From Burkholderiales bacterium (GTDB taxonomy: Bacteria; Pseudomonadota; Gammaproteobacteria; Burkholderiales; JBEEJL01), in the NCBI GenBank assembly GCA_049698095.1, contig JBAVXA010000037.1:1-59521 (forward strand): DNA of 59,521 bases, written 5' to 3'. Shown piece by piece: positions 1 through 9,037 of the stretch (position 1 is the stretch's first letter; each line of letters begins with the position of its first letter). Position numbers and translations under genes: made by a program. The notes beneath the pieces are model-generated. The model saw only the letters and a program-made list of their open reading frames with translations, was not told the DNA's origin and searched no databases.

Positions 1-1140
1 ACCTTATTCGATTTGGAAATGCTGAATGAGCTGGGTTTTTGGAAAGGGATCGAAAATTATTCGCGCCACCTTTCCGGCCGTGCACCTGGCGAGCCGCCGC
101 CGACGCTGATGGAATACCTGCCGAAAAATGCGCTGATGTTTATCGACGAAAGCCATGTAACGATTCCGCAAATCGGTGCAATGTATAAGGGCGACCGTGC
201 GCGCAAGGAAAATCTGGTTGACTACGGGTTTCGATTGCCCTCGGCGCTCGATAACCGTCCGCTCAAGTTCGAAGAATTCGAACGAATGATGAAACAGACG
301 GTTTTTGTATCTGCGACGCCCTCCGAATACGAAGCAAATCATCAGGGGCAGGTGGTGGAGCAGGTGGTGAGGCCGACGGGATTGGTTGACCCGATTGTCG
401 AAGTGCGGCCGGCATCGAGTCAGGTGGATGATTTGTTCTCCGAGATCAACAAGCGAGTCGCTGCCGGTGAACGCGTTCTGGTGACGACGCTGACCAAGCG
501 AATGTCCGAAGATCTCACCGACTATTTGACGGAGCACAAGGTCAAGGTACGCTACTTGCACTCTGACGTAGAGACTGTCGAGCGGGTCGAAATCATTCGC
601 GATTTGCGCCTGGGCATATTTGATGTATTGGTCGGCATCAATTTGTTACGTGAGGGATTGGATATTCCGGAAGTGTCGCTGGTGGCGATTCTGGATGCCG
701 ACAAGGAAGGATTTTTGCGTTCTGAACGCTCTTTGATTCAGACCATGGGGCGCGCGGCCCGGCACCTGAATGGCAAGGCGATTCTGTATGCCGACAAAAT
801 CACCAATTCGATGCAGCGGGCAATGGGCGAGACCGAACGCAGGCGCAACAAACAGATTGCGTTTAACAAGCTTCACAGCATCGAACCGCGCGGTGTGGAA
901 AAGCGCATTAAGGATATCATCGATGGCATGTATGATGCAGAGTCCGCGCAAGAAGGTCGCAAGGCGGCGCAGGAGCAGGCGCGTTACGAACTGATGAGCG
1001 AAAAGCAATTGGCGCAATCGATGAAGAAGCTCGAAAAAGACATGCTCGACGCCGCTAAAAACCTCGAATTCGAGAAGGCGGCAGGTCTGCGCGACCAATT
1101 GAAAACGCTCAAGCAGCGCCTGTTTTTTAATCCGGAATGA
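1..1140 (+). CDS. uvrB: Excinuclease ABC subunit B (UvrB), 5'-truncated by window edge
   Basis: The frame is open from base 1. The translation has UvrB-type helicase motifs ([44 protein letters not shown]). It also has the C-terminal UVR coiled coil ([13 protein letters not shown]). Confidence 0.95.
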   Translation, partial: TLFDLEMLNELGFWKGIENYSRHLSGRAPGEPPPTLMEYLPKNALMFIDESHVTIPQIGAMYKGDRARKENLVDYGFRLPSALDNRPLKFEEFERMMKQTVFVSATPSEYEANHQGQVVEQVVRPTGLVDPIVEVRPASSQVDDLFSEINKRVAAGERVLVTTLTKRMSEDLTDYLTEHKVKVRYLHSDVETVERVEIIRDLRLGIFDVLVGINLLREGLDIPEVSLVAILDADKEGFLRSERSLIQTMGRAARHLNGKAILYADKITNSMQRAMGETERRRNKQIAFNKLHSIEPRGVEKRIKDIIDGMYDAESAQEGRKAAQEQARYELMSEKQLAQSMKKLEKDMLDAAKNLEFEKAAGLRDQLKTLKQRLFFNPE

Positions 1141-1625
1141 CCAAGATCCTGTTTGTCTGCATGGGCAACATCTGCCGCTCGCCGACGGCCGAAGCTGTAC
1201 TGCATCACTTGGTACGGAGGCAAGGCCTCGAAGAACATATTTCGGTTGATTCTGCCGGCACCATCGGATTTCATAGCGGCGAGCCGCCGGACAAACGCGC
1301 GACTTTACATGCCGCCAGGCGTGGCTATGACCTGAGCCGGATTCGTGCACGCCAGATTAATCAGCCGGACTATGAACTATTCGATTATGTTCTGGCCATG
1401 GACAAGCAGAATATTGCCTGGCTGAAAAAGCAGATTCCAAATGAGTATATGCACAAGCTTCGCCTGTTTCTCGACTTCAGTGAAAAGTATGCCGGACAGG
1501 ACGTGCCGGATCCGTATTACGGCAACGCCGACGGGTTCGAGACTGTGCTCGACATGACGGAAGATGCTGCGCGCGGTCTGCTTGCCCACCTGCAGCAAAA
1601 AGAAACGGCTTCGGAAAAGAAATAA
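1137..1625 (+). CDS. Low-molecular-weight protein-tyrosine phosphatase
   Basis: N-terminal CX5R(S/T) P-loop ([10 protein letters not shown]) and a distal DPYYG motif. The ATGA overlap with the uvrB stop suggests translational coupling. Confidence 0.9.
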   Translation: MTKILFVCMGNICRSPTAEAVLHHLVRRQGLEEHISVDSAGTIGFHSGEPPDKRATLHAARRGYDLSRIRARQINQPDYELFDYVLAMDKQNIAWLKKQIPNEYMHKLRLFLDFSEKYAGQDVPDPYYGNADGFETVLDMTEDAARGLLAHLQQKETASEKK

Positions 1626-1639
1626 TAAAGGGAGTTGCC

Positions 1640-2278
1640 ATGCTCGAATGGTCTGAATACATCAAGATTTTAGTTGCGCTGCTGGTTATCGTTGATCCGC
1701 TGGCCGCGATCCCGTCGTTTATCATCATGGCGGGACATTTCACCTACGTAGACCGGACGAAAATTGCGCGTGTAGCCAGTGTCGCGGTTGCGGCTGTGCT
1801 GGTGGCCGCGGCATTGATCGGCGATTCCGTTCTGGTATTTTTCGGTATTTCGATTTCGTCGTTTAAAGTGGCCGGAGCGATCCTGATATTCCTGATGGCG
1901 ATCGCAATGCTACAGGTCAAGCAGGTGCGCGATAAACAAACCGACGAAGAGGAGGCCGAGGCGCACGACAAAGACAGCATTGCCGTCGTGCCGATTGCCA
2001 TTCCGCTACTGGCGGGCCCCGGTGCCATTTCGACCACGATTATCTACGCAACCGAACTGGCAGGCTGGAAGCATCGCATGGTTATCGTGGCATGTTGCCT
2101 GATTGTCGGATTTGCCTGCTGGGTCGGCTTGCGTGCGGCGATGCCGGTGAGCAAGCTGTTGGGCAAAACCGGCATCAATATTGCCGTGCGGTTGATGGGG
2201 CTAATCCTGACCGCGGTGGCAGTAGAGATTTTCGTTAGCGGCGTCTTAGTGTTATTACCAGGCCTGAAAGCGCATTAA
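1640..2278 (+). CDS. MarC-family (UPF0056) integral membrane protein
   Basis: 212-aa polytopic membrane ORF. It has the N-terminal IVDPLAAIP motif and a charged central loop typical of the MarC family. A GGGAG RBS precedes the ATG. Confidence 0.85.
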   Translation: MLEWSEYIKILVALLVIVDPLAAIPSFIIMAGHFTYVDRTKIARVASVAVAAVLVAAALIGDSVLVFFGISISSFKVAGAILIFLMAIAMLQVKQVRDKQTDEEEAEAHDKDSIAVVPIAIPLLAGPGAISTTIIYATELAGWKHRMVIVACCLIVGFACWVGLRAAMPVSKLLGKTGINIAVRLMGLILTAVAVEIFVSGVLVLLPGLKAH

Positions 2279-2301
2279 AACGGCGATGAAAATTTTATCA
2301 G

Positions 2302-2577
2302 TTGACCGGCTTGCCTTTGCCCTCTAACGTTAACTGGTCGCATGGCGTATGGGATGCTGACGCATTTAAACATGGAACCTTGTCAGTCGTACTTTTCACC
2401 CCAAGGGCTGCGGACTTTCAATCGTCGCGTGATCAGGACGAGCCGTACGCCGTTCCGAGCGGTCGCGGAGAAATCTTGATCGAAGCAGGCCATACCAGAG
2501 CCTGGACCGGCGATGCGTTCGCCTGGGCAATATTTGGGCGCCTAAAACCGGCGAAAAATAATTGTGTAACTAATTGA
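2302..2577 (+). CDS. Hypothetical; possible truncated cupin-like remnant
   Basis: TTG-start ORF. The segment RDQDEPYAVPSGRGEILIEAG resembles cupin motif 1 (H-x-QDE-x-Y-x-V-x-G-x-G) but lacks the His, and motif 2 is absent. No clear RBS. Confidence 0.3.
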   Translation: MTGLPLPSNVNWSHGVWDADAFKHGTLSVVLFTPRAADFQSSRDQDEPYAVPSGRGEILIEAGHTRAWTGDAFAWAIFGRLKPAKNNCVTN

Positions 2578-2656
2578 TTTTATTAATTTTTTGTGCCGCA
2601 TTCGCTGTGCTGCGCTTGCGCATTTCGATACCGGTATCAAATTAACTCGGTCTTAT

Positions 2657-3010
2657 TCAACTTTTTTTGTCCGATAAGAGCAGCGTGCTGGCTGCCCAGG
2701 AAATCAAACTGAAAACTATCGCACCGAAAAACGCCGACCAAAACCCGCCGACAGAAAAGCCGTCGACAAAATACGCGACACCCCAGAATAATAAAGCGTT
2801 AATGACAAAGGTAAACAAACCGAGCGTGAGGATATTAATGGGCAAGGTGATCAACAGCGCGAGCGGACGAATGATTGCGTTGACCAACCCCAGCGCCAGC
2901 GCAGTGATGATGGCAACCTTGATATCCGTCACCTGAATCGACTGAATGATATACGGCAGCGCAAGCAGGGCGCCCGTGCTGATTGCCCAACGTATTAGTA
3001 ATCTTATCAT
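2657..3010 (-). CDS. DUF360 / phage holin 4-2 family membrane protein
   Basis: Four hydrophobic helices. The N-terminus MIRLLIRWAISTGALLALPYI is typical of the family. I chose the internal ATG at 3010, one nt after the upstream gene's TGA, over the ORF-track start at 3052. Confidence 0.8.
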   Translation of the reverse strand: MIRLLIRWAISTGALLALPYIIQSIQVTDIKVAIITALALGLVNAIIRPLALLITLPINILTLGLFTFVINALLFWGVAYFVDGFSVGGFWSAFFGAIVFSLISWAASTLLLSDKKS

Positions 3011-3011
3011 T

Positions 3012-3614
3012 TCACCATCCTCCGGTAGCCAGCCATTTTTCGACTTGATCAAGGCGGTCCGCGCCGAAAAACGGCTCGCCGTCGATAATAATATAAGGCG
3101 ATCCGAATACGCCTTTGTTCATTGCCTGCTGCACTTCGGTTTTTACTCTGTCTTTTATCGCCTGGTCGTTTAACGCAACCGACAATTCGTCGCGGTCTAT
3201 TCCGAGTTTCGCGGCAACGTCGAGCACGACTTCGACGTTTTGGATGTCGCGGTCATCGACAAAAAATGCGCCGTATAACGCTCGCGTCAATGCTTTGGCC
3301 TTTTCGGCGTCGCGGTCCTTGAGCCAGTACACCGCGCGCGACGGGGCGATGCTGGCGATGGGAAAGGTGCTGGGCTGCTTGAACGGAATATTCAGCAGGC
3401 GTGCTGTGCGCGCGAAATCCCGGGTGAAATAAGTTCCCTTGATCGGCACTCCGGCAGGAGGCTGGGCGCCGGTAACCTTGAATATTGCTCCCAGCAAAAC
3501 CGGGTACCAGTCGGTGGTGCGGCCATATCTGGCGGCGAGCAGGTCAATTTTTTCCGCCGCGACATAGCCGTACGGCGAAGAGAAATCAAAATAGAATTCA
3601 ATCGGCTTGTTCAT
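3012..3614 (-). CDS. 2-hydroxychromene-2-carboxylate isomerase family (DsbA-like) protein
   Basis: MNKPIEFYFDFSSPYGY N-terminus and C-terminal GVFGSPYIIIDGEPFFGADRL are characteristic of HCCA isomerase / DsbA-like thioredoxin-fold proteins. ATG 3614 is preferred over TTG 3641. Confidence 0.85.
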   Translation of the reverse strand: MNKPIEFYFDFSSPYGYVAAEKIDLLAARYGRTTDWYPVLLGAIFKVTGAQPPAGVPIKGTYFTRDFARTARLLNIPFKQPSTFPIASIAPSRAVYWLKDRDAEKAKALTRALYGAFFVDDRDIQNVEVVLDVAAKLGIDRDELSVALNDQAIKDRVKTEVQQAMNKGVFGSPYIIIDGEPFFGADRLDQVEKWLATGGW

Positions 3615-3666
3615 GGCGCCATTTATAACATATTTTGCCAAGCGAAGCCGCTGTGCCTGCAGGTAT

Positions 3667-3697
3667 AAAAAAACCTCCGCGCGGTCGGCTGCGGAGG
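3667..3697 (-). terminator. Rho-independent terminator downstream of rne
   Basis: On the minus strand, a 7-bp GC stem (CCTCCGC/GCGGAGG, 3674-3680 with 3691-3697) is followed by a run of 7 U (A-run 3667-3673 on plus). It lies 19 nt after the rne stop. Confidence 0.6.
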
Positions 3698-3715
3698 TTT
3701 ACGAGCAAGAAGAAA

Positions 3716-6595
3716 TTATTTCTGCGTTTCGACTTGAATTAATGCCTCGTTTTGCGGCGGCATGGCTGGCGGCAGGAGGTTGCGGCGTGCACTTGCCCTT
3801 TCACCGTATTCCGAAACGGTTGTCGATTGCGCCGCAATGCGTTTGGCGGGATGGGTTTCGACCTGGATCAAATCGTCGGCCGACGGCATTGCATCGTGAA
3901 CGATTGTACGTGGCACGCGGACGACCGGTTGGTCGCTATAGACGGCAGGCTGCGCGGCACCGGGTCGGGTCTCCACCATCGCCAGTCCGGCGGCAGCTGC
4001 TGAACCTACGACCAATTCAGGCGGCAGCAGCTTGGTACTGACGGTAGGTACCGCAGCACGACCGTTTGCTGATTCGTCATAAACGCTCGCCGCGGGTTCG
4101 GGCTGAATTGCGGGAACGGACATTGCCATAGCATGCGCAGGCGCAGTGTAGATCGGCGCATCGCGCTGGCCATGGCCCAATTCCGTGGTTGGGTTTGGTG
4201 TTTTAACGGGTGAATCTTCCTCCTGCTCGCCATGCCCGAATCCTTCAGCCGGCACAGCCGCTTGCAAATCCATTTCCTGCTGCGCAGTATGCTCTTCGCG
4301 CAGGGCGGCGGTAACGCCGGCAGCCGCAGTTGCGGCGGTGCCTCCGACCAGCAAGCCAGCTGACAACGCGGGCATCTTCTCTTGGTCGATTGGCTGAGTC
4401 GATTCAGCGCCAACTTCCGTTTGATCATCGCGCGGCGTTCGCTCACCGCGATCACCCCGGTCGCCACGGCCACGTCCGCCGCGACGGCGGCGTTGACGAC
4501 CCTCGCCCTCGAGGCGGGTTTCGACTTCCGCGACCGGCGCCGCATCCTGCTTTACGGTTTCCTCTGTTTCCGTTATGCGTGGCCGGCGCTCACCACGCGG
4601 CTCTTTCGGCTCGCGCGCCTCTCTTGGTTCGCGCGTTTCGCGAGGCGGGCGCGGCTCTCTTGGTTCCCGCGGCTCACGAATTTCCCTGGGTTCACGCGGC
4701 GGTTTGGCTGCCTGTGCAGATTCGGGTTTTGCTGCGCCGGCAGCGTCATTGCGTTCACGACGCGGATTACGATTGCGTCCGCCGTCGCGCGCGCCGTCGC
4801 GTCCCTGGCGATCACGCTCATTCTTGTTATCGCGCCGCGCAGCCGCGGCCCGATTGGCCACTGGCGTTGTGGGTTGGACCGTTTCTGACCGTCGGAAAAG
4901 ACCCAGCATGCGGCGGAAAATCGATACCTTCTGTGCCGCTTGCGGCGCCATCACTTCAACTCTTGGCGTAATCGGCGCCGGTTGCGCCGGCGTAATACCT
5001 TTGACCAGCGGGACTGGACGCACTGGTTTGGCAGTATCAGCTTTCTGTGCTGCCTTGGTTTCTTCAACCACCGGCGCAACCATGCGTTGATAGCTCGGCG
5101 TATCGTCACTTTCGGCCCCGCTGCTGTCCTGGCGCACGCGCTCGACCTCGTAATTAGGTGTTTCCAGATGGGTATTCGGAATCAACACGACATCGACCTT
5201 GAGGCGCGACTCGATCGCGTGAATTTCGGCGCGTTTTTCGTTCAGCAGGTAAGTCGCGACATCGACCGGCACTTGCGCATGCAAGGCCAGTGTATTTTCC
5301 TTCATCGCCTCTTCCTGCAGGATGCGCAGGATATGCAGCGCGGATGATTCGGTATCGCGAATGTGGCCGGTGCCGTGGCAGCGTGGGCAGGGAATATGGC
5401 TGGTTTCTCCCAGCGAGGGCTGCAGGCGCTGGCGCGACAATTCCATCAGGCCGAAACGCGAAATTTTGCCAGTCTGCACGCGTGCGCGGTCTGGCTTTAA
5501 CGCATCACGCAATCGGTTTTCCACTTCGCGCTGGTTACGCGCAGATTCCATATCGATAAAGTCGATCACTACCAGGCCGCCCAAATCGCGCAGGCGCAAC
5601 TGACGCGCCACCTCGTCGGCAGCTTCGAGGTTGGTATTGAATGCGGTGGCTTCGATGTCGGCACCTTTGGTGGCGCGCGCCGAATTGACGTCGACCGATA
5701 CCAATGCTTCGGTATGGTCGATGATGATTGCGCCGCCGGAAGGCAGCGGAACGTCGCGGCGGTAGGCGGTTTCGATCTGGTGTTCAATCTGAAAGCGTGA
5801 AAACAGCGGAACGTCGTCCTTGTAAAGTTTGACCTTGTTGACGTTGGCCGGCATCACCGTACTCATGAACGACTGCGCCTGCTCGTAAATGCTTTCTGTG
5901 TCGATCAGAATTTCGCCGATGTCCGGCTGGAACAAGTCGCGGATGGCGCGCACCACGAGGCTCGACTCGAGATAAATCAGTTCCGGCGCCTTGACGCTCT
6001 GCGCAGCGTCATCGATCGCATGCCACAATTGCAGCAGGTAATTCATGTCCCACTGCAGTTCTTCATAGCTGCGACCGATTCCGGCAGTGCGGGCGATCAG
6101 GCTCATGCCCTCGGGTACTTCTAGGCGGTCCATAATGTCGCGCAATTCGGCGCGTTCTTCTCCCTCGATGCGGCGCGATACGCCTCCGCCGCGAGGGTTA
6201 TTCGGCATCAGCACAAGGTAGCGTCCGGCGAGGCTGACAAAGGTCGTCAGGGCTGCGCCTTTGTTGCCGCGCTCGTCCTTGTCCACCTGAACGATCAGTT
6301 CGGTGCCTTCCTTGAGCGACGTGGACATGCGCGAACGGGAAAACTCGCCGTCGTCGTTCTGCATGTAGGCTTTGGAAATTTCTTTGAAGGGAAGGAAACC
6401 GTGACGGTCGGCGCCGTATTCGACAAAACAGGCTTCAAGCGACGGTTCGACGCGGGTGATGACGCCTTTGTAGATATTGCTTTTGCGTTGTTCTTTTCCT
6501 GCGTACTCGATGTCGAGGTCGATGAGTTTTTGACCGTCGACGATGGCAACTCTCAGCTCTTCAGCCTGGGTTGCATTGAATAACATGCGTTTCAT
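3716..6595 (-). CDS. rne: Ribonuclease E
   Basis: N-terminal S1/catalytic domain (MKRMLFNATQAEELRVAIVDGQKL..., NIYKGVITRVEPSLEACFVEYG, CPRCHGTGHIR Zn-link). A long Arg/Pro/Glu-rich low-complexity C-terminal half follows. The gene is divergent from rluC, as in E. coli. Confidence 0.95.
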   Translation of the reverse strand: MKRMLFNATQAEELRVAIVDGQKLIDLDIEYAGKEQRKSNIYKGVITRVEPSLEACFVEYGADRHGFLPFKEISKAYMQNDDGEFSRSRMSTSLKEGTELIVQVDKDERGNKGAALTTFVSLAGRYLVLMPNNPRGGGVSRRIEGEERAELRDIMDRLEVPEGMSLIARTAGIGRSYEELQWDMNYLLQLWHAIDDAAQSVKAPELIYLESSLVVRAIRDLFQPDIGEILIDTESIYEQAQSFMSTVMPANVNKVKLYKDDVPLFSRFQIEHQIETAYRRDVPLPSGGAIIIDHTEALVSVDVNSARATKGADIEATAFNTNLEAADEVARQLRLRDLGGLVVIDFIDMESARNQREVENRLRDALKPDRARVQTGKISRFGLMELSRQRLQPSLGETSHIPCPRCHGTGHIRDTESSALHILRILQEEAMKENTLALHAQVPVDVATYLLNEKRAEIHAIESRLKVDVVLIPNTHLETPNYEVERVRQDSSGAESDDTPSYQRMVAPVVEETKAAQKADTAKPVRPVPLVKGITPAQPAPITPRVEVMAPQAAQKVSIFRRMLGLFRRSETVQPTTPVANRAAAARRDNKNERDRQGRDGARDGGRNRNPRRERNDAAGAAKPESAQAAKPPREPREIREPREPREPRPPRETREPREAREPKEPRGERRPRITETEETVKQDAAPVAEVETRLEGEGRQRRRRGGRGRGDRGDRGERTPRDDQTEVGAESTQPIDQEKMPALSAGLLVGGTAATAAAGVTAALREEHTAQQEMDLQAAVPAEGFGHGEQEEDSPVKTPNPTTELGHGQRDAPIYTAPAHAMAMSVPAIQPEPAASVYDESANGRAAVPTVSTKLLPPELVVGSAAAAGLAMVETRPGAAQPAVYSDQPVVRVPRTIVHDAMPSADDLIQVETHPAKRIAAQSTTVSEYGERASARRNLLPPAMPPQNEALIQVETQK

Positions 6596-6840
6596 TTTAT
6601 GTCTCCCGCGCTCTTACACGAGATGACAAACCTGCCGGGCGTTTCGCCCGGTTAGGCGGGCGTTAAGCGAACTGGTCAGTGCGGGAATTGCGTCCCGGCC
6701 ATGGCAACAAGCAGGCAGAAATGCCGGGCGCGAGAATCCGCTTTGCCAGAGCATCCGTTTGCTTTGTGTTAAATTTGCCATGCATGTTCATATATATGTA
6801 GCCTGATCAGGGTGGGTAACAGTCAGCCGTTTCGGTTTGT
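6596..6840 (-). promoter_or_regulatory. Putative structured rne 5' leader
   Basis: Unusually long (about 440 bp) rne-rluC intergenic region. It contains a stable hairpin CCGGGCG-TTT-CGCCCGG (6635-6651) about 40 nt upstream of the rne ATG. In E. coli the rne leader is long and autoregulatory. Boundaries are not determined. Confidence 0.35.
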
Positions 6841-7036
6841 TCTATTGCGTGCCGCCGTCTTGGGCAACACGCTGGAAATCATTCAGTGCCTGGAGCGCGT
6901 ATAATTACTGCTTTCGCTACTTGAACCGGGTAAGCGATATAACCCGTTGCGTTGATGGCGCGCTTGGCGTACCGGAAAAACAGGGAAAATATAATTCGAC
7001 CTGCTTTCAAATCAACGAGATATAAGTATAAGTTAA

Positions 7037-8005
7037 ATGCCCGAAGTAAGCAAAGCATCAGTCCGCTGGGTTGAGGTTGACGAGCAAGGCGTTGCCCAAC
7101 GCATTGATAATTATCTGTTAAAAATCCTCAAGGGCGTCCCGAAAAGCCATATTTATCGCATATTGCGAAGCGGCGAGGTACGCGTGAACAGCGGCCGCGT
7201 GGACGCAACCTATCGGCTCGAGTTGGGCGATAAATTGCGCCTCCCGCCGGTGCGCGTGGCTGAGCCCGCGGTAAAAAGCGTATTCAGATTGCCTGCCGAC
7301 AAAGCGCGCCTGATGGAGAGGGTGATTTATCAGGACGACGCGTTAATTATCCTCGACAAGCCGGCCGGCATGGCAGTGCATGGCGGAAGCGGGGTGAGTT
7401 TGGGCATAATTGAGCAATTACGCCTGGAGCTTCCCCAACAAAAATTCCTCGAACTCGCCCACCGGCTGGACCGGGAAACCTCCGGCATATTGTTGCTGGC
7501 AAAAAAACGCGCAGCATTGGTGGCGCTGCATGAATTGATGCGGCCGGGCAGCGATGCCAGCCCAAACGCTGGCAGAATGGAAAAGCGGTATCTGGCACTG
7601 GTCGCCGGAGACTGGAAGAACCGGGTGCAGCACGTCAAATTTTCTCTGCTGAAGCAGGTCACCGCGGACGGCGAGCGACGCGTCCATGTCGATCCGGGCG
7701 GTATGGCGGCGCACACGGTTTTCCATCTACGCCAGCGTTACCCGAATTTCAGCCTGCTTGAAGCCGAGCTAAAGACCGGCCGCACCCATCAGATCAGGGT
7801 GCATTTGGCGCATTTGGGCTTTCCGATTGCGGGGGACGACAAATACGGCGATTTTGAGTTGAACCGGCAAGTTTCGCGCCGCGGCCTCAAACGCATGTTT
7901 CTTCATGCCTGGAGGGTCGTTTTGCCGCATCCGCTGACTGGCGAAACGCTGAAACTGGAGGCGCCGCCACCACCCGAGCTGGAAAAATTTCTGCAACAGT
8001 TGTGA
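7037..8005 (+). CDS. rluC: 23S rRNA pseudouridine synthase, RluA family (RluC-like)
   Basis: N-terminal S4 domain (RIDNYLLKILKGVPKSHIYRILRSGEVRVN). Catalytic HRLDRETSGILLLAK motif. Conserved position divergent from rne. Confidence 0.85.
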   Translation: MPEVSKASVRWVEVDEQGVAQRIDNYLLKILKGVPKSHIYRILRSGEVRVNSGRVDATYRLELGDKLRLPPVRVAEPAVKSVFRLPADKARLMERVIYQDDALIILDKPAGMAVHGGSGVSLGIIEQLRLELPQQKFLELAHRLDRETSGILLLAKKRAALVALHELMRPGSDASPNAGRMEKRYLALVAGDWKNRVQHVKFSLLKQVTADGERRVHVDPGGMAAHTVFHLRQRYPNFSLLEAELKTGRTHQIRVHLAHLGFPIAGDDKYGDFELNRQVSRRGLKRMFLHAWRVVLPHPLTGETLKLEAPPPPELEKFLQQL

Positions 8006-8050
8006 CTTTTTATTTAATATAATTATATAGTTATATAACATACCTAATAT

Positions 8051-8704
8051 ATGGCTTCGTATGACTTAATTGTTTTTGACTGGGACGGTACGCTGATGGA
8101 TTCGACCGCCGTCATTACATTGGCGGTGCAAAACGCTTGCGCCGATCTCGGCCTGCCGGTGCCATCGGAAAAGGAGGCCAGTCACATCATCGGTCTCGGC
8201 TTGCGCGATGCCTTGACACGTGTTGCGCCTACGCTGGATCCGTCGGATTATCCAAAAATGTCCGCCCGTTATATTCATCATTTCCACGCCAACGAAGAGA
8301 GCATGCCGTTGTTCGATGGCGCGAAGGCGCTGCTGGAACGGCTGCGCGCGCAGGATTACCTGATCGCCATCGCCACCGGTAAAAGCCGCAAAGGGCTTGA
8401 TCGCGCACTGGAAAAAACTGGCATCGGGCCGTATTTTCATGCCTCGCGCTGCGCCGACGAATGTCATTCCAAGCCGCACCCGGAAATGTTGCATGAACTG
8501 ATGACGCAATTTAACATCAGCCCGCAACGCACGCTGATGATCGGCGACACCACGCACGATCTGCAAATGGCGCACAACGCGCAGGCGCACGGGCTTGCCG
8601 TGACCTACGGCGCGCACCCGCGCCACGAATTACAGCAGCTCAATCCGATCGGCCTGATCGACGACATCAAGGAATTTGCGCCATGGCTGGCGACGCGCGG
8701 CTGA
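8051..8704 (+). CDS. HAD-superfamily hydrolase (phosphoglycolate phosphatase-like)
   Basis: HAD motif I (VFDWDGTLMDS), motif II (IATGKS) and motif IV (MIGDTTHD). Confidence 0.85.
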   Translation: MASYDLIVFDWDGTLMDSTAVITLAVQNACADLGLPVPSEKEASHIIGLGLRDALTRVAPTLDPSDYPKMSARYIHHFHANEESMPLFDGAKALLERLRAQDYLIAIATGKSRKGLDRALEKTGIGPYFHASRCADECHSKPHPEMLHELMTQFNISPQRTLMIGDTTHDLQMAHNAQAHGLAVTYGAHPRHELQQLNPIGLIDDIKEFAPWLATRG

Positions 8705-9030
8705 TTTGCCGTTCCGACGAATTGGTTGATGGCGGTAAAGGCGTGCGCTTTGAATTGCCCGGCGCCAAGCGCCCGATCGCTGCCTTTGCCGTTCGCTATG
8801 GCGGGCGGATTTACGGCTACTGGAATTTTTGTCCGCATGCGGGCAGCGAACTCGACTGGCAACCCGGTGAGTTTTTCGATGAAAGCGGCTTATACTTGAT
8901 GTGCGCGACCCACGGCGCCGTGTTCGCGCCGGAAAACGGCTATTGTCTGGGCGGTCCCTGCGCGCGGCAGAAATTGGTTTCGCTCGACATGGAAGAGCGC
9001 GATGGAAATGTTTATTTGATGAACGACTGA
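8683..9030 (+). CDS. Rieske [2Fe-2S] domain protein
   Basis: CPH (FCPHAGSEL) plus C-x2-H (MCATHGAVF) Rieske ligand boxes. The start is uncertain because it overlaps the HAD gene end by 22 nt. Confidence 0.75.
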   Translation: MAGDARLICRSDELVDGGKGVRFELPGAKRPIAAFAVRYGGRIYGYWNFCPHAGSELDWQPGEFFDESGLYLMCATHGAVFAPENGYCLGGPCARQKLVSLDMEERDGNVYLMND

Positions 9031-9037
9031 GGACAAT

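Noticed and set aside
4006-5090. Multiple long ORFs on both strands inside rne (4006-4545 -, 4330-4971 +, 4382-4888 +, 4575-5090 +)
   Set aside because: They lie entirely within the GC-rich, repeat-rich C-terminal coding region of RNase E. Their translations are Arg/Ala/Pro low-complexity shadows with no start context. The rne frame is continuous and recognisable.
6837-7025. 62-aa ORF in the rne-rluC intergenic region
   Set aside because: It has no RBS and a Cys/Trp-rich non-protein-like translation. It lies where the rluC promoter and rne leader elements are expected.
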